From Candidatus Omnitrophota bacterium (GTDB taxonomy: Bacteria > Omnitrophota > Omnitrophia > Omnitrophales > Aquincolibacteriaceae), in the NCBI GenBank assembly GCA_903884815.1, contig CAISGE010000032.1, positions 69,978-133,977 of the forward strand: 64,000 nt of DNA. The letters run 5' to 3'. The stretch's first letter is position 1, and each line of letters begins with the position of its first letter. The position numbers and the translations under genes were made by a program. This document shows, in pieces, positions 47,923 through 57,276 of this stretch. The notes beneath the pieces are model-generated. The model was not told where the DNA came from, made no database searches, and worked only from the letters and a program-made list of their open reading frames with translations.

Positions 47923-48789
47923 ATGAATATCCAAGCCATCGCCCAAAAACTCAAGCGTCCCGTGACCGCCCATAAAGGCACTTTCGGTCGCGTTTTCATT
48001 CTCGCCGGGTCTCGCGGGATGACGGGCTGCGCCCATCTCACCGGAATGGCGTCGCTTCGCTCCGGCGCGGGGCTGGTGACAGTTGGCGTGCCGGAGGCAG
48101 TTTACCGGATCATCGCCCGGCGCGAAGCCGAGCTGATGGTGTGTCCTTATCCTTCCACCCCCCGGGGGACTCTCTCCCTTGCCGGATTTCTTGAGATCAA
48201 AAAGTTCTGTCGCACGCAAAACGCGCTCGCCCTCGGTCCCGGACTTTCACAAAACGATACCACTCAAAAACTGATCCGCAAAGTGGTCGCCGGTTCGGAA
48301 CTTCCGGTTGTGATCGATGCGGACGGACTCAACGCTTTGAAAGGACATCTCAAGGTTCTTAAGGACTGTCGCGGTCGCGCGGTTTTAACGCCGCATCCAG
48401 GAGAATTTGTCCGTATGTTCGGAGGCAAGCTTAACGACACGGAAGCCGTGCGGAAGGATCGGGCCACGGCGGTCGCAAGAGGACACGGCGTGGTGGTAGT
48501 CCTCAAGGGACATCACACGGTCGTTGCTTCACCGGACGGTGAAGCTTATGTGAATAAAACCGGAAATCCCGGGATGGCCACGGCGGGTTCCGGGGACGTC
48601 CTCACCGGCATGATCGCGGCTCTTATCGGACAGAGACTTTCTTTGTATGAAGCGGCCTGCCTCGGAGTTTATGTTCATGGCTTTGCGGGCGATCGTGCCG
48701 CACGGGAAATGGGCGAAATAAGTCTCACGGCGGGGGATATTTTGAGCCACTTGCCGGGGGCTTTTAAGAAAACAAGCTCTGTCCGCTGA
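47923..48789 (+). CDS. nnrD: ADP-dependent (S)-NAD(P)H-hydrate dehydratase (YjeF C-terminal domain)
   Basis: The sequences GRVFILAGSRGMTGCAHL and GNPGMATAGSGDVLTGMIAAL are carbohydrate-kinase-like NnrD motifs. Confidence 0.85.
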   Translation: MNIQAIAQKLKRPVTAHKGTFGRVFILAGSRGMTGCAHLTGMASLRSGAGLVTVGVPEAVYRIIARREAELMVCPYPSTPRGTLSLAGFLEIKKFCRTQNALALGPGLSQNDTTQKLIRKVVAGSELPVVIDADGLNALKGHLKVLKDCRGRAVLTPHPGEFVRMFGGKLNDTEAVRKDRATAVARGHGVVVVLKGHHTVVASPDGEAYVNKTGNPGMATAGSGDVLTGMIAALIGQRLSLYEAACLGVYVHGFAGDRAAREMGEISLTAGDILSHLPGAFKKTSSVR

Positions 48790-48846
48790 CCCGATAATCC
48801 CAATGAATACCCCCATTTTTTCAAGATCACAGAATGGAAGCGGGGT

Positions 48847-49626
48847 ATGCCCGTGAGTGTGAAGCCTCTCAATCCGCGCGAATATTCCGTCTCCATCATT
48901 ATTCCCTGTCGTAATGAAAGGGGGAATATCGAAGCGGTGGTGACGCGAATGCCGGCCCTCTCATCTTGTCAGGAGCTCATCTTTGTGGAAGGTCATTCCG
49001 GCGACGGCACATACCAGGAGATCGAGCGCGTGATGAGCGCCCATCCGGAAAAGGATATGCAATTATTTCGCCAAGAGGGGGATGGCAAAGGGGACGCGGT
49101 CCGTCTCGGGTTCGCGAAAGCTAAGGGAGAGATCTTGATCATTTTTGATGCGGACGTAACAGTGATCCCGGAAAGTCTCCCGGAATTTTACGCCGCTTTG
49201 CGGGATCAGCGAGGCGAGTTTGTCTATGGCTCTCGTTTGGCACTTCCCATGGAGAAAGGCGCGATGCCGCGCTTGAATTTTTTGGGGAATACGCTCTCAG
49301 CGCTGTTCTTCTCCTGGCTTCTCTCCCGGCGGTTTACCGATACCTTGTGCGGTGTTAAGGCAATGTTCCGCGCGGATTATCAGCGATTGGTCGAGGCTGC
49401 TCAGGATATTATGCCGCTCGATCCCTGGGGCGATTTCTCTTTGATCCTTGGGGCGTTTCAATTGAACCTTCGGATCCTGGAGATTCCCGTGGCTTATAAG
49501 AGTCGCCAGTATGGCATGTCCCAGATCAAGCGCTTTCAGGATACCTTGCGTCTCTTGAGGCTGTGCGTTTCCGCTATCTGGGTGCTCAAATTCAGAGGAC
49601 CTCGACCCTTGAGGAGTATTCTTTAA
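48847..49626 (+). CDS. Family 2 glycosyltransferase (polyprenyl-phosphate sugar synthase-like, ArnC/DPM-like)
   Basis: VSIIIPCRNE, the DxD motif (FDADV) and C-terminal TM helices are present. Confidence 0.8.
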   Translation: MPVSVKPLNPREYSVSIIIPCRNERGNIEAVVTRMPALSSCQELIFVEGHSGDGTYQEIERVMSAHPEKDMQLFRQEGDGKGDAVRLGFAKAKGEILIIFDADVTVIPESLPEFYAALRDQRGEFVYGSRLALPMEKGAMPRLNFLGNTLSALFFSWLLSRRFTDTLCGVKAMFRADYQRLVEAAQDIMPLDPWGDFSLILGAFQLNLRILEIPVAYKSRQYGMSQIKRFQDTLRLLRLCVSAIWVLKFRGPRPLRSIL

Positions 49627-51240
49627 ATGGGTGAGCCTGATCTGGTGATACCAAGGCGCTTCAAGATCCCGGAATGGGTTGCTGTCGGGGGGTTCTTCGT
49701 CCTTCTTCTTGCCGTCGGGCTGATGATCTTTAAAGATTACGGCGTTCACCGGGATGAATACCATAATCAGGTATTTGGCCAGCGTTGGGCGAAGTACTCC
49801 GTTGAGGTTCTGAAGGCCGGTTCTCTCGGAGTGGCTCTCCCCAGGTACGGCCACCATGATCTTTGCCACGGTCCGGCTTTCGAGATTTTTCTGGCCTTCC
49901 TGGCAGAACATCTCCCCTCGAAAAATTCGCGGAACATTCTCTGGATGCGGCATTTGAGCGTCTTTCTTCTGTTCTATGTCGGAGTGATCTTCTTTTACTT
50001 TCTTTGCCGGAGGGTTTTAAAGAGTTGGCGCTTGGCTTTGCTGGGATGCGCCCTCCTGGTTATGAGCCCGCGGATATTCGCAGATGCTTTCTACAACAGC
50101 GTGGATATCGCCTTTCTCGTCTTTTTCACCCTCGGCCTGTTCACGCTGCTTAGGATGCTGGATAAAAAAACTGTAGGGGCCTCAGCAGCCCACGCGTTTG
50201 CCTGCGCGGTACTGATCGATGTTCGTCCTCTGGGAGTTTTCTTGCCCATCCTTTCGACGATCTTTTTTCTATTTGAGGTTTTCCGTCTTCGTGTACCTCA
50301 AGAGCGGTGGCGGGCCTTGATCACTTTCTTGTTTTTTATTTTATCCCTGGGGGTTCTGACGGTGGCCTTCAATCCGTTCTTATGGTCGGCTCCGTGGACG
50401 CATCTTCTTGAAATGATCCGTTTTCTCAGGAAGCTTCGCCTGGACTGGCCGATGGTTTATGGGGGGCTGGGTCTTACGGTTCGGAAAATGCCGTGGCATT
50501 ACGCGCCTGTATGGATCCTGGTGTCGACTCCCATCTTGTACGGGGTATTTTTTCTGATGGGTCTTTTTACGGCGATCCGGGTTCTTCTGAAAAATACGGA
50601 TGGACGATCTTTGACGAGAAGGGATGCCGCCGTATTTTTGATAAGTTTTTTCCTTCCGATGCTCTTTTCACGGGGGAGACTCTATAACGGTTGGCGGCAC
50701 ATCTATTTCATTTACCCCATTTTCTTGATTCTCGCTCTCGGAGGATTTCAAGGCTTATGGAAAAACAGTGGGCTGGTTTTGAGGAAGGTGCTCGTGGTCG
50801 GAATCGCCCTCAGCTTTTTGGAAACGGCCATTTTTATGATTGTCAACCACCCGTATCAAAACCTGTATTTCAACCGAATGGGAGGCGCGAATGCCGCTGA
50901 GATCACGCGTCGATTCGAGCTGGACTACTGGGGTCTGACTTACCGGGAGGCCCTGGAATATATTTTAAAGACGGATAAGGATCAAAGGATCCCAATCAAT
51001 TTTTACCAAGGCCCCGGAGGGGAGAGTCTTGAGATCCTTTCGACGATGGAGAGAAAAAGGCTTGTCCTGACAACCGTCGATAAAGCTAAATACTTTCTAA
51101 CGGAGGAGATGACGAAGCCCTATCCGTCCAAGGGTGAAGAATACTATTCGGTTCAGGTCAATGGGGTCAAGGTCATGGTCATCTACAAATTGCCGCCCCC
51201 CGAGGCGAGACCTCCGGCGCAAGTTACGCCGCAACCTTAA
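49627..51240 (+). CDS. Polytopic GT-C-type membrane glycosyltransferase (ArnT/PMT-like), putative
   Basis: The 537 aa protein has more than 10 predicted TM helices and an ArnT/PMT_2-like organisation. It lies directly after the GT2 gene (ATG at the GT2 stop). Confidence 0.55.
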   Translation: MGEPDLVIPRRFKIPEWVAVGGFFVLLLAVGLMIFKDYGVHRDEYHNQVFGQRWAKYSVEVLKAGSLGVALPRYGHHDLCHGPAFEIFLAFLAEHLPSKNSRNILWMRHLSVFLLFYVGVIFFYFLCRRVLKSWRLALLGCALLVMSPRIFADAFYNSVDIAFLVFFTLGLFTLLRMLDKKTVGASAAHAFACAVLIDVRPLGVFLPILSTIFFLFEVFRLRVPQERWRALITFLFFILSLGVLTVAFNPFLWSAPWTHLLEMIRFLRKLRLDWPMVYGGLGLTVRKMPWHYAPVWILVSTPILYGVFFLMGLFTAIRVLLKNTDGRSLTRRDAAVFLISFFLPMLFSRGRLYNGWRHIYFIYPIFLILALGGFQGLWKNSGLVLRKVLVVGIALSFLETAIFMIVNHPYQNLYFNRMGGANAAEITRRFELDYWGLTYREALEYILKTDKDQRIPINFYQGPGGESLEILSTMERKRLVLTTVDKAKYFLTEEMTKPYPSKGEEYYSVQVNGVKVMVIYKLPPPEARPPAQVTPQP

Positions 51241-51278
51241 ATGGAGACGTGTCGATTCTGTTGGCCCGGTTGTGTTCT

Positions 51279-52208
51279 ATGACCTTTGCTCCCTACAAGA
51301 CCTGTCAGTTATGTCCCCGTGACTGCAAAGTGGACCGTACGCAAGGGGAATTAGGCTTTTGCGGCGAGAGTGCCACCTGCCGGGTTTCCTTTATCGGGCC
51401 CCACTTCGGAGAGGAGCCTTCGTTCACGGGCACGCGCGGCTCCGGGACAATCTTCTTTAGCGGCTGCTCCAGCCAGTGCTTTTTTTGCCAGAATTATCAG
51501 ATCTCCCTCCGTCACGAAGGCCGCACGGTCACACCCCAGGAACTGCTCGCTGAGACGAGGGCGCTTCTTCAGAAAAAGGTTCACAATCTGAATTTCGTGA
51601 CACCGGACCATTTTTGGCCGCATATTCAGAGCCTTTGCCGCTCTCTGCGGGAGGAAGGGGTTCGAGTTCCCATGCTTTTTAACTGTTCCGGATATCAAAA
51701 GCCGGAACGGGTGGCGGAGTACGCGGAGTGGATGGATATTTTCCTTCCCGATTTCAAATTTTCGGAGCCGGGGCTTGCCCAAATGTGCATGGGGGACGAA
51801 CACTATCCCGAGACCGCGCTCCGGGCGCTTCATGAAATGGTGCGGTTGAAGGGTTTCCTGGAACCCTGGGACGTCACAGGATCGGAGACTGCGCAGCGCG
51901 GGGTGTTGGTCCGTCATCTGGTCTTGCCGGGGCAGGTCGGGAATAGCCTGGAAGTGTTACGGTCGCTCCGTCGCGAATTTGGTCCCGGGCTACCGCTTTC
52001 CGTGATGAGCCAATTTTGCCCGGTGCCGGGGTGCGAAGGGAAAAAAGAATTCCAGCGTCGTTTAACTGCCGTCGAATATGATCAAGTTCTTGAATTGGTG
52101 GAAGAACTGGGTTTTGAAAAGGTCTACACGCAAGAGCTTCAGGAAGACAAAGCTTTCCTGCCGGATTTCAAGGACCCCGGGAACCCTTTTCCGGGCAACA
52201 AAAAATGA
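51279..52208 (+). CDS. Radical SAM enzyme, PflX/YjjW-like (anaerobic activase-like)
   Basis: A CSSQCFFC (CX3CX2C) motif is present, with additional N-terminal Cys. The start is ATG 51279 or GTG 51249. Confidence 0.7.
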   Translation: MTFAPYKTCQLCPRDCKVDRTQGELGFCGESATCRVSFIGPHFGEEPSFTGTRGSGTIFFSGCSSQCFFCQNYQISLRHEGRTVTPQELLAETRALLQKKVHNLNFVTPDHFWPHIQSLCRSLREEGVRVPMLFNCSGYQKPERVAEYAEWMDIFLPDFKFSEPGLAQMCMGDEHYPETALRALHEMVRLKGFLEPWDVTGSETAQRGVLVRHLVLPGQVGNSLEVLRSLRREFGPGLPLSVMSQFCPVPGCEGKKEFQRRLTAVEYDQVLELVEELGFEKVYTQELQEDKAFLPDFKDPGNPFPGNKK

Positions 52209-52343
52209 CCTGCGACAAGAGATGGGAAACTCGTGACCGAAGACGAAAAGACGCGCTGATTATTTAGTCTTTAGTCTGGGGCCGCTCGTCTTGGGTCTCT
52301 TATTGTGTGTTGAGCCGAAAGAGTTATATAATGCCTCAACCCT

Positions 52344-53030
52344 ATGGCTACCCTGACAAAAGCAGTCACCCTATCGCCGTCCGCCCTGAGCCTTTTTAAG
52401 GACTGCTCGCGGTGTTTCTGGCTCGAAAGGGTCCAGGGCATCAAACGCCCCCGCGGTATTTTTCCGTCGCTGCCGGGGGGCATGGATCGCGTGATCAAGA
52501 CCTATTTTGATACCTTTCGAGCCAAGGGAGCCCTTCCTCCGGAACTTTGCATCGATGCTTTCAAGGGCATCCATCTTTATGCTGATCAAGCCCGGCTCGA
52601 AGGCTGGCGCGAATGGCGCACCGGTCTCAAGTATCAGGACCCGGAGGATGGCGCGGTTCTTTCCGGAATGTTGGATGACCTGCTCGAGAAGGACGGTCTT
52701 TATATTCCCTTCGATTACAAGACCAAGGGGTCGCCCGCCAATGAAGAGGACGCGACCAAATACTATCAAACCCAGCTTGATTGCTACGCCCTGATGCTCG
52801 AGGGGAATGGCCTGAAAACCCCTGGGTACGGATTCTTGCTTTATTATTCACCGAAGGTGGTCGGGGAACGCGGGCAAGTGCAGTTCGAGATACAGCCGAT
52901 CCGGATCGGGACGGATACGGATCGTGCGCGGGATCTTTTCCGCAGGGCGCTTTCCATCCTGACAGGGCCGGCGCCTAAGGCTGCATCCAAGTGCGAGTAT
53001 TGCGGGTGGCTCGAAAAGTTCAGAAAATAA
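52344..53030 (+). CDS. PD-(D/E)XK nuclease, Cas4/RecB-like with 2+2 Cys Fe-S staple
   Basis: The N-terminal CSRCFW and C-terminal CEYCGW flank a core containing IPFDYKTK (D...D/ExK). Confidence 0.6.
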   Translation: MATLTKAVTLSPSALSLFKDCSRCFWLERVQGIKRPRGIFPSLPGGMDRVIKTYFDTFRAKGALPPELCIDAFKGIHLYADQARLEGWREWRTGLKYQDPEDGAVLSGMLDDLLEKDGLYIPFDYKTKGSPANEEDATKYYQTQLDCYALMLEGNGLKTPGYGFLLYYSPKVVGERGQVQFEIQPIRIGTDTDRARDLFRRALSILTGPAPKAASKCEYCGWLEKFRK

Positions 53031-53064
53031 AGAAGCGTATCTTCAAAATACGAGGAGGTGCATC

Positions 53065-53352
53065 TTGACGACTCAAAAAACGGCGCTGAGGATCCTGGTT
53101 GAGAAACCCACAAGCGAGAAACTGAAGGCCCTCAATGTTTTGTCGTGGCCGATCTGGACGAAAGAGGTCTCGTCCTTCGACTGGTCCTACGAGGAACAGG
53201 AGATTTGTTACTTTCTCGAAGGGGAAGTGACCGTGAAAACCCCGGATGGAGACATTTCCTTCGGCAAGGGAGATCTTGTGATATTTCCTCAGGGGCTGCA
53301 ATGCGTTTGGAACATTAAGAAGCCTGTCCGGAAACATTATCAATTCGGCTAA
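53065..53352 (+). CDS. Small cupin-domain protein
   Basis: The 95 aa protein carries a cupin beta-barrel motif (EICYFLEGEVTVKTPDGDISFGKGDLVIFPQG). It uses a TTG start after a GAGGAGG RBS. Confidence 0.6.
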   Translation: MTTQKTALRILVEKPTSEKLKALNVLSWPIWTKEVSSFDWSYEEQEICYFLEGEVTVKTPDGDISFGKGDLVIFPQGLQCVWNIKKPVRKHYQFG

Positions 53353-53381
53353 ATAAAAAGCACTTTGAGAGAAAGGTTTTT

Positions 53382-53804
53382 ATGACATCCCCGACGCCTA
53401 AGACCAATGCGATGCTCATTTGTGATTATGTGATCACGGAGCGCGAGACCAATAAAAAGAGCCTGATCGGAGTTTTTGAGAACATCGGAGCGGCGACATT
53501 CCCGTGCACGCACTTCGCGATGTCGGTCTATATCAAGCTGACCGATGCGCAAGGGGGCTATCAATTTCGCCTTGAGCTCGTGGATCTGCAAAGCGATATC
53601 ATGATCGGGAAAAGTGAGATCCCGGACGAGGTTCATGTTCCGAGCCCGCTCGACGCGCACGAACTGGTATTCAATCTGCGCGGGGTCCGCTTTCTGCACG
53701 CGGGGAATTATGAATTCCGGATTTTCGCCAACGACAGGATCTTCGGTCAGAAGAAGCTGGTGGTTGAGCAAGTCCAGGCGAATCCGGCACCGGAAGGAAA
53801 ATAG
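53382..53804 (+). CDS. Hypothetical protein (140 aa)
   Basis: The RBS is good and the ORF is clean. No family was recognised. Confidence 0.5.
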   Translation: MTSPTPKTNAMLICDYVITERETNKKSLIGVFENIGAATFPCTHFAMSVYIKLTDAQGGYQFRLELVDLQSDIMIGKSEIPDEVHVPSPLDAHELVFNLRGVRFLHAGNYEFRIFANDRIFGQKKLVVEQVQANPAPEGK

Positions 53805-53814
53805 GAGGCCTGTC

Positions 53815-54369
53815 ATGGCGAAAATAGCACTCGTGATATTGGCGGAGGGGTTCGAAGAAGTGGAGGCGATTGGACCGGTCGACCTTCTGAGGCGTGCCGG
53901 CGTGCGCGTCACGATGGCGGGGCTCAAAGATCTCCGCGTGAAAAGCTCCCGGCATCTCGTTGTCGAGGCAGATATTCTTCTCGAAGATATGAAAGAAATG
54001 CCGGATGCGGTGATCCTGCCCGGGGGTATCCCGGGCGCTACGAATCTTGCCGGGTCGAGCGAAGTCGCGGCACTGATCAAGAAAATGAACGCGGCGGGGA
54101 AGATCGTTGCGGCGATTTGTGCCGCTCCGGCCGTGGTCTTGGCACCGCTGGGTATCCTCGATGGGAAAAAGGCGACCTGTTATCCCGGCTGCGAATCCGA
54201 TTTCTCGAAAACAACCGTTCATTCCAAGGATCGGGTCGTGGAAGACGGGAATATTATTACCAGCCAGGGTCCCGGCACGGCTTTGGAGTTTGCTTTCGCA
54301 ATCGCGGTACGGCTTGCAGGTAGAGATATGGCTGAAACTGTCCGCGGCAAAATGCTGATTCCTGCCTGA
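53815..54369 (+). CDS. DJ-1/PfpI-family protein
   Basis: The nucleophile-elbow Cys (IVAAICAAP) and the family fold are present. The RBS is AGGAGG. Confidence 0.85.
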   Translation: MAKIALVILAEGFEEVEAIGPVDLLRRAGVRVTMAGLKDLRVKSSRHLVVEADILLEDMKEMPDAVILPGGIPGATNLAGSSEVAALIKKMNAAGKIVAAICAAPAVVLAPLGILDGKKATCYPGCESDFSKTTVHSKDRVVEDGNIITSQGPGTALEFAFAIAVRLAGRDMAETVRGKMLIPA

Positions 54370-54376
54370 GGGTGCG

Positions 54377-54886
54377 ATGGCTTTTATAGAGATCGAACAG
54401 AAATACCGTTTGAGGAATCCCGCGAAATTCCGAACAAGGCTCAGGGAAATGGGCGCGCGGAAGATCGCAAGCGGCGTGGAATCGAATGAGTTCTATGATC
54501 GCGGCGATTTTCTTAAAAAACAAAAGGTCGCGCTTCGGCTTCGTCGTTTTGGCCGGCGATTATCGACGCTGACATTGAAGGGCCCGCGGATCAAGAGCGC
54601 GTTCAGTAAGCGCATGGAGATCGAAACGCCGATCGAGTATGCGACGGCGAAGGCGATCCTGGGGTTTTTGGGATGCCGGCTCGTGAGGAAGTATTCCAAA
54701 CAGCGCGAACTTTATAAGTTGGGTGCGGCGCATGTTACCGTGGATTTTCTGAAAAAATTCGGTTGGTTTCTTGAGATCGAAGGTTCGCCTCAAACGATCC
54801 GGAAAATTGAAAGGAATTTGGGACTTGCCCGCGAGGACCGAGAAGAACGTTCGTATCTTCAAATGGTGTTTGAACATGCGATGTAA
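54377..54886 (+). CDS. CYTH-domain protein (class IV adenylate cyclase / triphosphate tunnel metalloenzyme family)
   Basis: The N-terminal EIEQKYRL (ExExK) signature is present, and the 169 aa length is typical of CyaB-like proteins. Confidence 0.7.
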   Translation: MAFIEIEQKYRLRNPAKFRTRLREMGARKIASGVESNEFYDRGDFLKKQKVALRLRRFGRRLSTLTLKGPRIKSAFSKRMEIETPIEYATAKAILGFLGCRLVRKYSKQRELYKLGAAHVTVDFLKKFGWFLEIEGSPQTIRKIERNLGLAREDREERSYLQMVFEHAM

Positions 54887-54938
54887 CCTTTTTCAGTAGG
54901 CGGATCAAAACAATAAAATAAGAGCCGAGCGGTGCATC

Positions 54939-55616
54939 ATGTTCTGGAAAACATCGGGGATTCTATTGATTTTCGCGATATGTTTTGGTGTGGCGTCTGT
55001 CTATGCGGGGAAGATGGAGCTGACGACTTATTATCCCGCACCTTCCGGAGATTATGACCAGTTATCCGCGAATAAACAAACTTATACGTCGGACAAAGTG
55101 CAACCCGGCACCTCCGGGAGGCTTCGACTCCCGCCGCAACTGGGGAATCCCGACAAAACCAACTTAGGGGATATTTGGGACGCGAGCATCGCCAAACTCG
55201 GGGAAATCGCCTATTCAGAGGCGAAGAAGGGGCTTGTTATTTTTGACGGTACGGCCTGGGCGTCTGTGGCCGGGAGCAGCGGGAAAACCTGTGTTGTAAA
55301 ATACGGGATCGATAGGAATTGCACGAACGCCTGTAACGCCGAGACCGAGGACGTCACGAATCTCGGTTATTTCGGGGCTTGTTTTTATGGCGAGGTGGGA
55401 AGTTTCACCCGAGGTCTTTCCTCTGATTTTCCTGCCGGATGGTATGGTAGAGCGGCCCTTCCGGACAGAGGAGCATACAGGGCGGATGGTCCCAATTGTA
55501 AATTGGATTGTAAAAATCAAAATATTACTCCGTGCGCTTTGCCTACGGATACTTTCACAGGGGGCTCATCTTATTTGACGGTGACAGGCTACGCCTGTCG
55601 TTGCTGCGAAAAATAA
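54939..55616 (+). CDS. Secreted cysteine-rich hypothetical protein
   Basis: A signal peptide is followed by a mature region with about 14 Cys, ending ...GYACRCCEK. Confidence 0.55.
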   Translation: MFWKTSGILLIFAICFGVASVYAGKMELTTYYPAPSGDYDQLSANKQTYTSDKVQPGTSGRLRLPPQLGNPDKTNLGDIWDASIAKLGEIAYSEAKKGLVIFDGTAWASVAGSSGKTCVVKYGIDRNCTNACNAETEDVTNLGYFGACFYGEVGSFTRGLSSDFPAGWYGRAALPDRGAYRADGPNCKLDCKNQNITPCALPTDTFTGGSSYLTVTGYACRCCEK

Positions 55617-55635
55617 CTTACACAGGAGAAATACT

Positions 55636-56202
55636 ATGGTCATCGCATCGGATATCAGGGTCGGAAATGTCATTCGCGTGGACGGAAAACTCTGCAAGGT
55701 ACTGACGCAGGAGATACGCGGGACGGGAAAATTCGGCAAAAGCGCGATGCTCAAACTGCGGAGTCTTGAGGAAGGGAATGTGATCGAGAAAAAAATGTCG
55801 GCCGATGCGGATGCTGAGGAAGTGGACACCCGGGTCGTCGAGATGCAGTATCTGTACAAGGAAGGCGACCACTTTATGTTCATGAATATGGAGACCTACG
55901 ACCAGTTCCCGTTGCCCGCCAAGGCGGTGGGCAAGCACGAGGTGTTCCTCCGGGAAAACGAGGTGATCAAGGTTCTTTTCGGGGAAGACAAGGTCCTGAG
56001 CATCGCGTTCCCGACGATCGTCGAACTGAAAGTGGTGAGTACATCGAAGGGGCTAAATTCCGCCGCGAATTTTAAAGAAGCGGAGCTTGAGAACGGACTG
56101 ACGGTTCTGGTGCCGCAATTCGTCAGCGAAGGGGAGACGATCCGTCTCAATACCGATGACCTGAGCTATCTGGACCGTGTCTCGGTCCGGAGTATGTCTT
56201 AA
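55636..56202 (+). CDS. efp: Translation elongation factor P
   Basis: The sequence MVIASDIRVGNVIRVDGKLCKV... has the three-domain EF-P length (188 aa). The RBS is AGGAGA. Confidence 0.9.
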   Translation: MVIASDIRVGNVIRVDGKLCKVLTQEIRGTGKFGKSAMLKLRSLEEGNVIEKKMSADADAEEVDTRVVEMQYLYKEGDHFMFMNMETYDQFPLPAKAVGKHEVFLRENEVIKVLFGEDKVLSIAFPTIVELKVVSTSKGLNSAANFKEAELENGLTVLVPQFVSEGETIRLNTDDLSYLDRVSVRSMS

Positions 56203-56241
56203 AACAGCAATGAGCCCTAGGCTATAAAGTCGGAGGAAAAC

Positions 56242-56784
56242 ATGGGAAAGATCTTTAAACTGGGTTTCGTCATGATGATCCTTGCAATATTTCCTGTTTT
56301 GGGACAAGCGGCGGATGCCCCGGGGAAGCTGGTGGTCCAGAGTTCCGCGTTCGTGGAAGGACAGGGCATTCCTTCAGATTTTACATGTGACGGGCCCGAT
56401 AAGTCGCCGCCGATCGCGTGGTCGGGTGCCCCTTCAGGGACCCGGAGCTTTGCCATCATCGTGAACGATCCCGATGCGCCGTACGGGAATTTTACCCACT
56501 GGGTGCTCTATGATCTTTCGCCTGCCTTGAACCAGCTTCCGTCCGGCATCCAGGAAACGGCGATTATCCCTGACGGAGGCTTCCAGGGAAGATCGGATTT
56601 CGGGAGAGCCGGTTACGGGGGGCCTTGTCCGCCGAACAGGAAGCACCGGTATTTTTTTCGGGTCTTCGCACTCGACAAGATCCTGCATCTTGAGCCCGGG
56701 GCGACGCGGAACACAGTACTCGCGGCCATGAAGGGGCACGTTTTGGCCGAGGGACAACTGATGGGAACCTACGAGCGGTCCTGA
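56242..56784 (+). CDS. YbhB/YbcL-family (PEBP-like) periplasmic protein
   Basis: A signal peptide is followed by THWVLYDLSP...GYGGPCPP...HRYFFRVFALD. Confidence 0.8.
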   Translation: MGKIFKLGFVMMILAIFPVLGQAADAPGKLVVQSSAFVEGQGIPSDFTCDGPDKSPPIAWSGAPSGTRSFAIIVNDPDAPYGNFTHWVLYDLSPALNQLPSGIQETAIIPDGGFQGRSDFGRAGYGGPCPPNRKHRYFFRVFALDKILHLEPGATRNTVLAAMKGHVLAEGQLMGTYERS

Positions 56785-56801
56785 AGTGCTAAGGAGATTT
56801 T

Positions 56802-57206
56802 ATGAACGCGGGACATGAAGTGCATCATCGCAAGAAGAGGATCCTGGCAGTCGATGATGACGGCCTAGTGAGGAAGTCTCTAGAGATCCTCCTCCGCGAG
56901 GCCGGTTATGAGGCGTCGGTGGCGAGTGGCGGGCAGGAGGCTTTGGGTTACCTCGTTCAAAGGCATTTTGACCTTTTGATCACGGATATTCGCATGCCGG
57001 GGATGGATGGACTCCAGGTCATCCAGGCGGTTCGCGATTATACCCGGGAAATGAAAAGGGAGCCGATCCCCGAGATCGTGCTTACCGCCTACAATGACGA
57101 ACACGTTCGCGCATCCGCCGAGCGGCTGGGGGTCCGGGAATTTCTCCTGAAACCGTTCAAGATGGATGAGTTCTTGAAGGCTCTCGAGCGCAATTTGAGC
57201 CGGTAA
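56802..57206 (+). CDS. Single-domain response regulator (CheY-like receiver)
   Basis: It has ILAVDDD, the phospho-acceptor LLITDIRMPGMDG and a conserved K. Confidence 0.8.
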   Translation: MNAGHEVHHRKKRILAVDDDGLVRKSLEILLREAGYEASVASGGQEALGYLVQRHFDLLITDIRMPGMDGLQVIQAVRDYTREMKREPIPEIVLTAYNDEHVRASAERLGVREFLLKPFKMDEFLKALERNLSR

Positions 57207-57276
57207 GCTGCGCCCCAAGCTGTCCCGTCCCTATAAAAATCATGGAAAATGGTGCAAGATAAGGTATTATGAGCGT

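Noticed and set aside
47074-48219. A 381-aa minus-strand ORF spanning the pdxJ/nnrD region.
   Set aside because: It is antisense to two well-supported + strand genes and crosses their intergenic spacer.
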